Assembly (NCBI GenBank): GCA_046726475.1
Contig: JBKPAO010000036.1
Coordinates: 674-64,673, forward strand
Reading direction: 5' to 3'
From: Gemmatimonadota bacterium
Lineage (GTDB): Bacteria; Gemmatimonadota; Gemmatimonadetes; Gemmatimonadales; GWC2-71-9
DNA length: 64,000 nucleotides
Numbering within the stretch: position 1 is the first letter of the stretch; each line of letters opens with the position of its first letter. This document shows positions 1 through 12,348 of the stretch, piece after piece. The notes beneath the pieces are model-generated. The model was not told the DNA's origin and made no database searches. It worked only from the letters and a program-made list of their open reading frames with translations. The position numbers were made by a program, and so were the translations under genes.

Positions 1-509
1 TCGGCACCATTGGTGATCCAGAACTTTCTGCCAGTGAGCAACCAAGCATCGCCCTTCTGCACAGCGCGGGTGGCCAAGGCGAAGGCGTCGCTACCACTCC
101 CCGGCTCGGAGAGCGCAAAGGCCCCTAAGAGACCAGTGGTGAGGCGGGGAAAGAAGCGGGCCTGCTGTTCTGGAGTGCCCCAACGGAGAAGGGCGTTGTT
201 TACCAGGGTATTATGGACGTCCACGTAGATAGCGGCCGAGGCATCGACCCGGGCCAGCTCTTCGATCGCCAACACCGCCATGAAGATGGTCCCGGCGCTT
301 CCGCCGAACGACTCCGGTACCTCGATACCCATCAATCCCAGTTCGAAGAACTTGGGGATGAGGTCCAAGCGAAACTGGGCAGCCTCGTCCATACTTTGGA
401 CATGAGGCTTCACCTCGGTCTCGGCAAACTCCCGGACAGCATCTCGAAACATGACTTCTTCTTCGGTCAGGACCGTGAGGGCGGGCGCGGGAGCGGACAG
501 GGTGGTCAT
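1..509 (-). CDS. acyl-CoA dehydrogenase, N-terminal part (gene continues past window start)
   Basis: Absent from the ORF track because there is no stop in the window. My translation from the ATG at 509..507 reads MTTLSAPAPALTVLTEEEVMFRDAVREFAETEVKPHV...LGAFALSEPGSGSDAFALATRAVQKGDAWLLTGRKFWITNGA. This is the typical ACAD N-terminal/middle-domain signature. Confidence 0.85.
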   Translation of the reverse strand, partial: MTTLSAPAPALTVLTEEEVMFRDAVREFAETEVKPHVQSMDEAAQFRLDLIPKFFELGLMGIEVPESFGGSAGTIFMAVLAIEELARVDASAAIYVDVHNTLVNNALLRWGTPEQQARFFPRLTTGLLGAFALSEPGSGSDAFALATRAVQKGDAWLLTGRKFWITNGA

Positions 510-591
510 GGACGGTTGGGTTAGGGTCGGATGTCTTTGCAGAAGATAACCTGAAACCGATTCTTGGCGCCCCGGTTACTTTCCTCGCCAC

Positions 592-1461
592 ATGCCCCTC
601 GCTTCGACGCCCCATAGCTCGGTCCTCGAGCGGCTCAGGGAGGATCGCCCCCTCGCCGCGGTAGAGCTGCGTCCTCCCCGTACCGGTCTGTCATCCGCAG
701 AAAGCATGGAAGTCTGGATCGACATGTATCACTCGATCCGACGGTTGGCTCGGCGAGACACCGTCATTTTCTTGACTGATAACGCAGTGGGATTGTCGGA
801 GGAGGAGAACCTCGCGCATTTGACTGCCAACCTGGCCGGCGACGTAGACCCCCGGAAGATCGTCCCGTTCCTTACGTCCAAGCATTCGATCGAATACTGC
901 CTGATGCACGCCTCCCGAACCGCCTCCCATGGATTCGAGGCGTTAACGGTTCTGGGTGGAGATCATACGGCAGGTCCACCCCGCTGCGTACCGCACGCCC
1001 GAGAGCTTCGCGCGCTGATCCGGCGGCGGGTTCCGCGTCTCAACTTGGGAGGCTGGGCCAACCCGCTTCGCTCGACCGAGGAACAGTTGAATTATCTGAT
1101 GGACGAGCGCTTCGAGGCTGACTTTTTCCTGACCCAGATCGTATCCCACCACAACGTGCGGGAGGTGGAACGGTTCGTAACGGAGTCGCGCCGGCGCGGA
1201 GTTCCCTATCCGGGTGTGTTTGGCGTGTTTCTCTATCGCAGCGCCAACCCAGCCACCTTGAAGCGGCTATCCGAATTCTTTCCGGTTCCGGCCGCAGAGC
1301 TCACCCGTGAGTTCGACGCCGGGATGACCCCTGAGGAGATCTGTGCCAAGACGGTGCGAACGCTGCGCGAGGTGGGAGCCGACAAGGTGTACTTGAGCAA
1401 CCTGGGATTTCAGCAGGTGGAGGCGCGGTACCGGCGAATCCTGGAGCACATCGAGCAGTGA
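592..1461 (+). CDS. methylenetetrahydrofolate reductase-like protein (divergent MetF/MTHFR family)
   Basis: 289-aa ORF with MTHFR-like layout (VELRPPRTG near the N-terminus, TVLGGDH, FFLTQIVSH). It sits next to metH and a second MTHFR domain. Assignment is by eye only. Confidence 0.7.
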   Translation: MPLASTPHSSVLERLREDRPLAAVELRPPRTGLSSAESMEVWIDMYHSIRRLARRDTVIFLTDNAVGLSEEENLAHLTANLAGDVDPRKIVPFLTSKHSIEYCLMHASRTASHGFEALTVLGGDHTAGPPRCVPHARELRALIRRRVPRLNLGGWANPLRSTEEQLNYLMDERFEADFFLTQIVSHHNVREVERFVTESRRRGVPYPGVFGVFLYRSANPATLKRLSEFFPVPAAELTREFDAGMTPEEICAKTVRTLREVGADKVYLSNLGFQQVEARYRRILEHIEQ

Positions 1462-1549
1462 ACAGTGAACGGTGAACAGTGAACAGAAGGACGTTGACCC
1501 ACTTGCACTGTTCACTCTTCCCTCATATTTCACTGTTTACTGTTTACTG
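1456..1549. repeat. inverted blocks of tandem heptamers (CAGTGAA x4 on + strand; CAGTAAA CAGTAAA CAGTGAA on - strand) between convergent genes
   Basis: 1456-1486 reads CAGTGAA CAGTGAA CGGTGAA CAGTGAA CAG and contains the TGA stop of the 592..1461 gene. 1506-1516 and 1529-1549 carry reverse-complement copies that contain the TAA stop of the minus-strand gene. The arms can pair and probably act as a bidirectional terminator. Confidence 0.65.
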
Positions 1550-3396
1550 CTCGCTTTCACGCCTTTCAACGTTTCCAGGACCTGCAACGCGGAATCGACC
1601 CGACCTCCCGCCGCGCTGATCTGAATTCCCTGGACCAAGCCCTGGACCGCTTCGATCATTTCAGACGCAATGGTCACTCCCTCGGCCCGAGCCGCCCCCG
1701 ATCCATGCTCCTGGGCCTTGCGCATGCGCTCGATGACGGAAGCAGGTACCTGGACCCCAGGCACCTCGTTAGCCAGAAACTCGGCGTTCCGGAGTGAGGT
1801 GAGCGGCCATATGCCGGCGATCACCGGGACGGGTGATCGGGCGCGCCCCAGGAAACTCTCCAGCTGATCGGCATCGAAGACCGGCTGGGTAACCACGAAA
1901 TCCGCTCCGGCATCTACCTTCCAGGCGAACCTCTCCAGCTCCCGCGTCGCCTCGGCGCCCTGATTGAGCGCGACACCGATGACGTACCGGGTGGGCTGAC
2001 CAATCGAATTGCCGCCGGGATCCAATCCCCTATTGAGCCGATGGAGCAGGTTGGTCAACCCGATGCTGTCGATGTCGAACACCGCAGTGGAATCGGGGTA
2101 GGGACCCAGGGCCGGTGGATCGCCGGTCACGATCAAGACGTTGCGCAACCCCCCCGCGGCAGCTCCCAGCAGGTCGCTCAGCATGCCGAGCATATTTCGG
2201 TCGCGGCAGGTGTAGTGGAAGACGGTCTCGATATCTACTTCGCGCTGAATGATGAGGGCAGCGGGAACCACGCCCATGCGCGTCTGCGGTCGAGCGCTGT
2301 CGATCACATTGACGGCATCCACTCCGGCGTCGCGGAGCAGGCGGCACTGCTGGATCATCTCCTGGGGATCCCATCCACGGGGCGGAGGAAGCTCCACCGT
2401 GGCAATCATCTCCTTCCGAGCGAGCTTCCCACCTAGTCCCGAACGCTGTTCCAGCGGGACCGACTGGGACGCCCCCTTCACCTCAGGCCGCTCGATCGAA
2501 GGCTCGACCGCGACGATTCGGGGCTGCAGACTGGCGACGTATGTCCGAATCTTCCGGATGTGGTCAGGGGTGGTGCCGCAACACCCACCGACGAACCGGG
2601 TGCCAGCCTGGATCAGGCGCCGAGCATATGATGCCATATACTCGGGACTGGCGAGATAGATCCGCCGGTCATCCACGGCCCGTGGCAGCCCCGCGTTGGG
2701 CTGTGCCGAGATCGGGCGGTCGGTGCGCTCGACCATGCGCTCGATGGCATCGAGCATGGCCGCGGGTCCTACCGAGCAATTGAGCCCGATGATGTCCGCG
2801 CCAAGCTCGGTGAGCCGGGAAGCGATGGTCTCGACGTCGGTACCATAACTCGTGGTGCCGTCCTGGCCGACAGTCATTTGGGCAACCACCGGGAGCTCAC
2901 TCAACGCGCGGACCGCGCAGAGCGCCGCTTCCAGCTCGTGGAGGTCGCTGAAGGTTTCCAGGATGAATCCATCCACTTCGCCGTCGAGCAGGCCACGAGC
3001 CTGGCGGCTGAAGAACGCGATGGCTTCCTCACGCGCCGTCGGTCCCCACGGTTCTAGCCGGATTCCCAGCGGACCGATCGCGCCGACCACCAGGGCCCGG
3101 TCGCGGGCGGCCTTCCGGGCGATGGCTACCGCGGCCCGATTGATGGTTTCGGTGTCGTCGTCGAGCCCATGGCTGGACAGCTTTACCGGATTCGCCCCAA
3201 ACGTGTTGGTCTCCAGGATCTCGGCGCCGGCCTGGACGTAGGCCTCGTGTACCTCCTGGACCAGGGCCGGTTGGCTGAGGTTCAACTCGTCGTAGCAGGC
3301 GCTGACGAACACGCCGCGATTGTAGAGCATCGTGCCCATTGCCCCGTCGAGCACGTGCACTCGTCGATCGTCGATCAGCTCCCGTAGAGTCGGCAT
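1537..3396 (-). CDS. bifunctional homocysteine S-methyltransferase / 5,10-methylenetetrahydrofolate reductase (YitJ-like)
   Basis: The N-terminal half has the Hcy-binding domain ([38 protein letters not shown]). The C-terminal half is MTHFR-like (VTGDPP..., FVVTQPVFD). I place the start at ATG 3396 (MPTLRELIDD), 1 nt after the metH stop; the ORF-track start at 3450 overlaps metH. Confidence 0.88.
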   Translation of the reverse strand: MPTLRELIDDRRVHVLDGAMGTMLYNRGVFVSACYDELNLSQPALVQEVHEAYVQAGAEILETNTFGANPVKLSSHGLDDDTETINRAAVAIARKAARDRALVVGAIGPLGIRLEPWGPTAREEAIAFFSRQARGLLDGEVDGFILETFSDLHELEAALCAVRALSELPVVAQMTVGQDGTTSYGTDVETIASRLTELGADIIGLNCSVGPAAMLDAIERMVERTDRPISAQPNAGLPRAVDDRRIYLASPEYMASYARRLIQAGTRFVGGCCGTTPDHIRKIRTYVASLQPRIVAVEPSIERPEVKGASQSVPLEQRSGLGGKLARKEMIATVELPPPRGWDPQEMIQQCRLLRDAGVDAVNVIDSARPQTRMGVVPAALIIQREVDIETVFHYTCRDRNMLGMLSDLLGAAAGGLRNVLIVTGDPPALGPYPDSTAVFDIDSIGLTNLLHRLNRGLDPGGNSIGQPTRYVIGVALNQGAEATRELERFAWKVDAGADFVVTQPVFDADQLESFLGRARSPVPVIAGIWPLTSLRNAEFLANEVPGVQVPASVIERMRKAQEHGSGAARAEGVTIASEMIEAVQGLVQGIQISAAGGRVDSALQVLETLKGVKASSKQ

Positions 3397-3397
3397 G

Positions 3398-7144
<3,747 letters not shown>

Positions 7145-7155
7145 TGGGGGCTCCT

Positions 7156-7197
7156 AAACAAAAACCCGAGGCCAAAACGCCTCAGGGGTGGCGTTTT
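7156..7197 (-). promoter_or_regulatory. attenuator-like alternative hairpins in the metH leader (terminator versus anti-terminator)
   Basis: On the minus strand, AAAACGCC-N8-GGCGTTTT (7197..7174) overlaps GAGGC-GTTTTG-GCCTC (7183..7168). The second hairpin is followed by GGGTTTTTGTTT and then the AGGAG RBS. The two hairpins are mutually exclusive. Confidence 0.4.
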
Positions 7198-7262
7198 AGC
7201 AGTTTGTTTTACGTGGCCGCAATCAGCGCAAATCGCCACGGGATCGATTTTTCGGCTGCTTC

Positions 7263-7291
7263 AAGGTAGTGGGTGGAGGACGGGTTATCAA
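7263..7291 (-). promoter_or_regulatory. candidate sigma70-type promoter for metH (TTGATA-17-TACCTT)
   Basis: The minus strand reads TTGATA (7291..7286), a 17-nt spacer, then TACCTT (7268..7263). This would give a leader of about 110 nt. Motif match only. Confidence 0.3.
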
Positions 7292-7402
7292 GTCGCTAGT
7301 CGTCGGACATCAGTCCAGTTACAGCCGGTTGCTTCGTGCTTCCCCTATAGCGGGTCTCCGACCTGCTGGACCTACGCCGATGACTGACGACTGACGACTG
7401 GT
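7290..7402. repeat. hairpin-forming repeat element immediately after the yggT stop (CAGTCGT heptamer arm plus degenerate inverted partner)
   Basis: Arm 7379..7401 (GATGACTGACGACTGACGACTGG on the + strand) is identical to 51766..51788. An imperfect inverted partner lies at 7290..7313, with about 17 of 24 positions complementary. Confidence 0.6.
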
Positions 7403-7978
7403 CTACAGCAGCCCCAGCACGAAGCCCCTCACCACGTACAAAACCAGCCATGCCACCATGGGGCTGAAGTCGAACATGCCGAAAGGCGGTAGGATCCGCC
7501 GGATCGGGTCGATCAACCAACTGGTGAGTGCCATGATCGGTCTCATCCACCGCCGGTAGGGCCCGATGCCAAACCAGGAGGCAATCACCCGAATCAGAAT
7601 GGCGGTCATGAGTATTGTAAAGAAGAGACTCACCAGCGTCTGGAGCCAGAACCTCGGCCCGCTTTGAGCCATCCACGACAGGCGGGCGAGCGCGTCGATG
7701 GCCCAGCTCGTCAGACTCATCAGCACCAATCCACCGGCGATGACGACGGCCAACAGCCAGAGCGGAGCGTTTTGTGGGTTGCCCCCAGCGCTGATGACCC
7801 GCCGCTCCATCGGCTGGAGCACCGGATCGCTCACCCGTCGCATGAACCGGGGCCAGGCGCCGAACGGACTGATCCGACGGCTGCGCACCGCCCAGTGAGT
7901 CAGGGCCACGAGAGCGGCGTACGCCAGCGCCAGGATGACGATGCCACGGACGAAGGTATAGAGGAAGATGAGGGACAT
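7403..7978 (-). CDS. yggT: YggT family membrane protein
   Basis: 191 aa with four hydrophobic segments and two YggT-like repeats (AILIRVIASWFG..., LIDPIRRILPPFGMFDFSPMVAWLVL). Confidence 0.82.
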   Translation of the reverse strand: MSLIFLYTFVRGIVILALAYAALVALTHWAVRSRRISPFGAWPRFMRRVSDPVLQPMERRVISAGGNPQNAPLWLLAVVIAGGLVLMSLTSWAIDALARLSWMAQSGPRFWLQTLVSLFFTILMTAILIRVIASWFGIGPYRRWMRPIMALTSWLIDPIRRILPPFGMFDFSPMVAWLVLYVVRGFVLGLL

Positions 7979-7996
7979 GGCGACGGGGGAAGCCCG

Positions 7997-8452
7997 TCAG
8001 GGCTCCCCTGAGGTGACTACCTCCATCGGGTGCTGGGCGCCAGACCGGGAGGTACACATGAGAGTGTAACGGCCATTCAGGGAAGCATCCTCGAGAATCT
8101 TGCTGTCACCCCGACAGGAAACGATCTCTCGTCCAGACGCTTGCCGGAAACTGACGGTCACCAGGGGGTCACGCTGCACGTTGATGATGCGCCGAACAGT
8201 TGTTGTCGTCAGGCTCTCGACCCCCATTTGCTTGAGGCTGATTGCCGGACGTCCCCGATGTGAGCCCCGATAATCGACGGCGCGATCCACCAGCTCGAAG
8301 ACTTCGCGGCCGAGAGTTTGGACATCGCGCTGTTCAGGCGAGAGCTGGCTGAGGTCGGAGGCGTGCCGGGCTCGGGAGCCGTCGGCCGGATTACAGGCAG
8401 CTACGACAAGAGCAACTGCAAAACTGACGCGCCATAAGTGGCCGCGGATCAT
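7997..8452 (-). CDS. hypothetical lipoprotein
   Basis: 151 aa with a signal peptide and lipobox (FAVALVVAAC). Its start overlaps the desaturase stop (ATGA). No recognisable domain. Confidence 0.55.
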   Translation of the reverse strand: MIRGHLWRVSFAVALVVAACNPADGSRARHASDLSQLSPEQRDVQTLGREVFELVDRAVDYRGSHRGRPAISLKQMGVESLTTTTVRRIINVQRDPLVTVSFRQASGREIVSCRGDSKILEDASLNGRYTLMCTSRSGAQHPMEVVTSGEP

Positions 8453-9426
8453 TCCATGGCGAATTCGCGGTTGAACACCACCTCGAAGCTGAAGGTCTTG
8501 CTCTTGCTTCGGGTCTCAATGTGTTCCGCGATGCGTTTGAGTCGGGCCGGTATGCCCATGATCTTTTCTTGAGCCTTCCGACCCAGCTCGTTCAGCCCCT
8601 CGAAGCCCTCGATCTTCCAGTAGCGGATCTGCTCCTGCACGATTCGCAGGTAATCGCGCGGCCCATAAATGCCTGCTCGGCGAATCACGTCGGCCAGATC
8701 CTTGAACCCCGGCATTGTGACTCCAGGCATGTCGATGGCGGGCAGGATGAACGAGGCTGAGTGGAGCGCCTGATCGGGATCGCGCTGAAGGATCTCCTCG
8801 AATACGGTGCGATAGAACGTGTAGTGACGGGCTTCCTCTTTGGCCACTTGGCTCAGGACCGAGGCGAGGCGCGGCTCGTACTCCGCCACGACCTTCCCCG
8901 TCTCACTGTGGGAGAACTGGGTCGCCCGCTCCTGTACCGTGGTATAAGCAAACACGCGGTACGGATCCCGATCCCACTCCGGATGGAAGCCGGCGCGCAG
9001 ATACTCGAACTGCATCTCCTCGAGCTTTCGCTGGTCCAGCAGGCGGGTATCTCGCGCATAGTCGTGCAGCACCTGCCCGTGACGATCTTCCTCGGCGGTC
9101 CACAGATTGTTCCAGCTGCGCCAAAAACTGTCGTCCCCGAGGTAAACGGCGAGGAGACGGTGAAAGTGGGGAAGTCCCTCTTCGGTCAGCAGATTCAGCG
9201 CCAGCGCTGCGCGGGCGGGGTCGGGAATGCCGGACGCCTGGTCCCGCAGCTGGTTCAGGTGGGTGTCGGGACATTCACCGGGGGCTGGACCCAGCAGATC
9301 GTAGGGAAACCAGAGCTCGCGTTTACGCTCGTGGATCTCCATCAACTCCCGGACTCGGGGCTCCAGATCGCGGAGCACCTCCAGCTTGGAGTACAACTCC
9401 CGGGCAGGGTCGGTGGCGATTCCCAT
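8449..9426 (-). CDS. soluble acyl-ACP desaturase (di-iron, DesA1/plant stearoyl-ACP desaturase family)
   Basis: 325 aa with two di-iron EExxH motifs (WTAEEDRHG, AKEEARHYTFY), plus LTEEGLPHFH and FILPAIDMPG segments typical of the family. Confidence 0.88.
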   Translation of the reverse strand: MGIATDPARELYSKLEVLRDLEPRVRELMEIHERKRELWFPYDLLGPAPGECPDTHLNQLRDQASGIPDPARAALALNLLTEEGLPHFHRLLAVYLGDDSFWRSWNNLWTAEEDRHGQVLHDYARDTRLLDQRKLEEMQFEYLRAGFHPEWDRDPYRVFAYTTVQERATQFSHSETGKVVAEYEPRLASVLSQVAKEEARHYTFYRTVFEEILQRDPDQALHSASFILPAIDMPGVTMPGFKDLADVIRRAGIYGPRDYLRIVQEQIRYWKIEGFEGLNELGRKAQEKIMGIPARLKRIAEHIETRSKSKTFSFEVVFNREFAME

Positions 9427-9527
9427 TAGGTACCTTCGAGTACTGGAGAACGAGGCTGAGATCAGAACCAGCCATGAAACATACTGTTGCCGGTCCTACC
9501 TGTGCCACTGGGACGCGGGGGGGAAGG

Positions 9528-9962
9528 TCAGTCCCCTTTGGGGGCGAGGGTTTTCTCCATCAGGGACCAGGAACGCCGTCCGATGTAACCTTCCCGAACG
9601 AAGATACGGCGCCACCCCATGGCGGCCAGCAGCCCCTCGGAACGGCTGTCATCAGTCCAAAATTCTGCGATATGCGCTCCAGCCTCAACTGCCCGCTGCT
9701 CGAATGCCAAAACCAAACGGTGGGCGTGGCCCCGATGGCGCTCCTGCGGCAGGACCACGACGTCAACCAGGTGGGCTACCCCGCCTCGGATCCAGAAACG
9801 GAGGCCCCCGATCCAATCGCCGATCTCATTGCTGAGAATGAGGTAGCGTTCGTCGAGCGCACTGGACCAGCCGGCCGGATCCTCCTCCATCTCGAGGATT
9901 TCCGAGAACCAGGCGGCAAAGTCCTCGTCCTGTTCCATGTCCCGGATCGTCAGCTCGCTCAT
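9528..9962 (-). CDS. GNAT family N-acetyltransferase
   Basis: 144 aa with an acetyl-CoA binding-type segment (VVVLPQERHRGHAHRLVLAFEQRAVEAGA). Confidence 0.78.
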   Translation of the reverse strand: MSELTIRDMEQDEDFAAWFSEILEMEEDPAGWSSALDERYLILSNEIGDWIGGLRFWIRGGVAHLVDVVVLPQERHRGHAHRLVLAFEQRAVEAGAHIAEFWTDDSRSEGLLAAMGWRRIFVREGYIGRRSWSLMEKTLAPKGD

Positions 9963-10155
9963 CTACTCCGCCTTCCAGACGGGAGACTCCCATCCTTACG
10001 TCAGCAACACTAATGCCATCCCAGCTGTTCCCGTCTGTGAAGATCGTCACCAGATCATCGAGCGGTGAGCTACACTCCCCAAAACGGCGACTTACGGTTG
10101 CCTTGGACTTCTGCATGGATAACCTTGAAAGAGACCCATAGCGAGGCTGGGCCCA

Positions 10156-10608
10156 ATGACAGCAAGTACAACCCAATCCCGTCGGCCGGTAGTCGTTCAA
10201 TGTCCCTTTTGCTCGGCTGCCAACCGGGTGGATCTCACCCGGCTCGCGGAGGGGCCCAAATGCGCCAAGTGTGGCAAGCCCCTCCACCTGGACAGGCCGT
10301 TGAAGGTGAGTGATCGCGACTTCGAGCGCACCATCACCGGCTCCAGTGTCCCGGTCTTAGTCGATTTTTACGCCGATTGGTGTGGTCCCTGCCGGATGAT
10401 GGCACCGACCCTGGACGATTTCGCCCAACGCCGGGCCGGCCAGGCTTTGGTGCTCAAGCTGGATACTGAGGCCAACCCCCTTACGGCCGCACGATTCGGT
10501 ATCCGAGGGATTCCCACCGTGATCGCCTTTCAGAACGGACAGGAGCGGCGCCGGCATGTTGGTCTGGCGGATATGAAGGTGTTGGAAGACCTCGCGGGAG
10601 TTACCTAA
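10156..10608 (+). CDS. trxC: thioredoxin 2 (N-terminal zinc finger plus thioredoxin fold)
   Basis: 150 aa with CPFC...CAKC zinc-finger cysteines followed by the WCGPC active site. Confidence 0.9.
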   Translation: MTASTTQSRRPVVVQCPFCSAANRVDLTRLAEGPKCAKCGKPLHLDRPLKVSDRDFERTITGSSVPVLVDFYADWCGPCRMMAPTLDDFAQRRAGQALVLKLDTEANPLTAARFGIRGIPTVIAFQNGQERRRHVGLADMKVLEDLAGVT

Positions 10609-11950
10609 GGCCAATCGCGACCGCGGCCGCCAGAGCGAGGAAGGACAGGACCACCAAGAGGCCATATAGAGGCAGAATGAATCGCAGCCATTCCTCGTAA
10701 CGCACCCCGGCGGCAGCCAACATCGCCATCAGCGCTCCGTTCGTGGGGGTAATCAACTCGCATAACCCGGCACCGTACTGGTACGCGAGGACGGTGACCT
10801 GCCGAGGCAGCCCGATCAGATCCGACAATGGCACCAGGAGTGGCATGGTAAGCACCGCCTGACCACTGGTGCTCGGGACCGGAACGTGGATGGCCCAATG
10901 ACCCACCATCATTCCAAACGCGGAAAGGGTGGCAGGCAGATGGGCAATCGGCGTAAAAAGCCCCTGAACCACAGTGTCTACGATCTGTCCTTCGTTGAGC
11001 ACGACGTAGATCGCCCGGGCGAACCCAATAAGTAACGCGGCGAACGCCATAGAGCGGAATCCCTCGACAAACGCATCCGCCGTTCCAGCCAATCCCAGTC
11101 GGCCGAGCACGCCCGCCGCGACTCCAACTATAAAGAAAACAGCGGCAAGCTGATCGAATTCCCACCCCAACCGCTGGGCGCCATATATGTAGATGGCGAA
11201 GCCGGCGATGATAGAGACTAGCATGACAACATCGCGCCACTCGACTCGGAGCTCTGGACCTCCGACGCTCGCTTCAGTTTCCCGGCGGTTTCGGCGGGCA
11301 TGGAGGATGGTACCCGTGATCCAGAGTCCCAGGGCAGGCAGTAGGAATGCCAGGCGGAAGCTCAGGCCGGTCCCGGGTGGCAGCTCCGCCAGCTTCTGAG
11401 CGATGATTACCTGGAAAGGATTAACCGGACTGAATGCGGCCCCCACCGCCGCGACACCAAGGCTCATAGCTACCGCGGTCACCGGGGGGAAGCCGAGCGG
11501 GCGAGTGAGAAGCAGGAGCATCGGCACAAAGGCAATCAGCTCCTCCTGCATCTGCATCATGATACCGCCCAGGCTGAAAGCCAGGCTGGCCGCCGGAATT
11601 ACCAGCAGGCCACGTCCCCTGACCAGGGAGGCCAATCCGTTGGCCAGCCGCCCCAGCGTGCCGGTCCTTTCGATGACCGTGAACGCTGCCCCAATCAGAA
11701 ATACCAGGCCGATCACCGATGCCGCGTCGACGATGCCCTTCGGGATGGCGACCACGGCCTCGAATGGACCCACCGGGCGTGCTTCTACCCGCGTATAGGT
11801 GCCGGCCACGACCACACTGCGGCCGGTCGCAGGATCCTCCCGCCGCTCAAAGCGACCCGCCGGCAATACCCACGTGAGGGCTGCAGCGACGAACACGCAG
11901 CCGACCAACAGGGTCAGCGGATGGGGAAAGCGAAGCTTAGGCAATAGCAC
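10601..11950 (-). CDS. YfcC/DcuC-superfamily membrane transporter
   Basis: 449 aa and polytopic. The N-terminal region resembles E. coli YfcC (TM1, long loop, then VIGLVFLIGAAFTVIERTGTLGRL). Confidence 0.75.
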   Translation of the reverse strand: MLLPKLRFPHPLTLLVGCVFVAAALTWVLPAGRFERREDPATGRSVVVAGTYTRVEARPVGPFEAVVAIPKGIVDAASVIGLVFLIGAAFTVIERTGTLGRLANGLASLVRGRGLLVIPAASLAFSLGGIMMQMQEELIAFVPMLLLLTRPLGFPPVTAVAMSLGVAAVGAAFSPVNPFQVIIAQKLAELPPGTGLSFRLAFLLPALGLWITGTILHARRNRRETEASVGGPELRVEWRDVVMLVSIIAGFAIYIYGAQRLGWEFDQLAAVFFIVGVAAGVLGRLGLAGTADAFVEGFRSMAFAALLIGFARAIYVVLNEGQIVDTVVQGLFTPIAHLPATLSAFGMMVGHWAIHVPVPSTSGQAVLTMPLLVPLSDLIGLPRQVTVLAYQYGAGLCELITPTNGALMAMLAAAGVRYEEWLRFILPLYGLLVVLSFLALAAAVAIGLR

Positions 11951-11959
11951 CGTTGCCGG

Positions 11960-12232
11960 TCACATGCTGCGGCAATGGCTGCTCACGGGAGGGATTCGGC
12001 TACAGGCGATCCGGTCGTTCATGCCCTCTGTAAGTGGGCCACAGGCGACAGTCTGAGCCTCGCGGAGAGCATCGGTCTCTGAGCCCGCGGAAGCGGTTCC
12101 GCTGCCTTGATGACCTCCGTAGGCCACCATCACACTGCACTCCACATGCTGGGAGCTGAGAGTCGACCAGAGCAGGAAGGCGCCAAAGGCTAACACCACC
12201 AACAGCGTGAAGAGCCGGCCCCGGCGTATCAT
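11960..12232 (-). CDS. hypothetical membrane-anchored Cys-containing protein
   Basis: 90 aa with one N-terminal TM (LFTLLVVLAFGAFLLW) and 4 Cys in the soluble part. It lies 9 nt upstream of the transporter gene. No family recognised. Confidence 0.4.
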   Translation of the reverse strand: MIRRGRLFTLLVVLAFGAFLLWSTLSSQHVECSVMVAYGGHQGSGTASAGSETDALREAQTVACGPLTEGMNDRIACSRIPPVSSHCRSM

Positions 12233-12348
12233 GCGGTCGTGGTCATCTCAGGAAGACCAGAAGGCATTCGGGTCAGGAACCGACTCGGCAAAGTGGCTGT
12301 TGTGGTGTGAGTGTCGGCCATAGAAAGCGGAACTAGGAGATATAGTGG

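Noticed and set aside
1456-1549. Tandem repeats as a CRISPR array or as coding-repeat slippage.
   Set aside because: The unit length is 7 nt with no spacers, the arrays are under 35 nt, and there are no cas genes. This is not CRISPR.
7290-7402. Possible cobalamin or SAM-I riboswitch upstream of metH. On the minus strand, TATAGGGGAAGC...CCGGCTGTAAC and GTCGGAGACCCGC resemble the B12 core and B12 box. On the plus strand, GGTGGAGGAC and TTATCAAG resemble S-box pieces.
   Set aside because: The B12-like pieces are in the wrong order, and the GGTG.AAA.TCC hairpin and a downstream B12 box are missing. The S-box-like pieces lie on opposite strands from the GCAACC element. The segment is better explained as a degenerate copy of the heptamer hairpin repeat also found at 51692..51788. 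Only an Infernal/Rfam scan could overturn this.
9826-10287. 153-aa minus-strand ORF spanning the GNAT-trxC intergenic region.
   Set aside because: It overlaps the starts of both flanking well-supported genes and has no motif or RBS. The only structure seen there is a 9-bp inverted repeat (CAGACGGGA at 9975..9983 and TCCCGTCTG at 10029..10037) of uncertain meaning.
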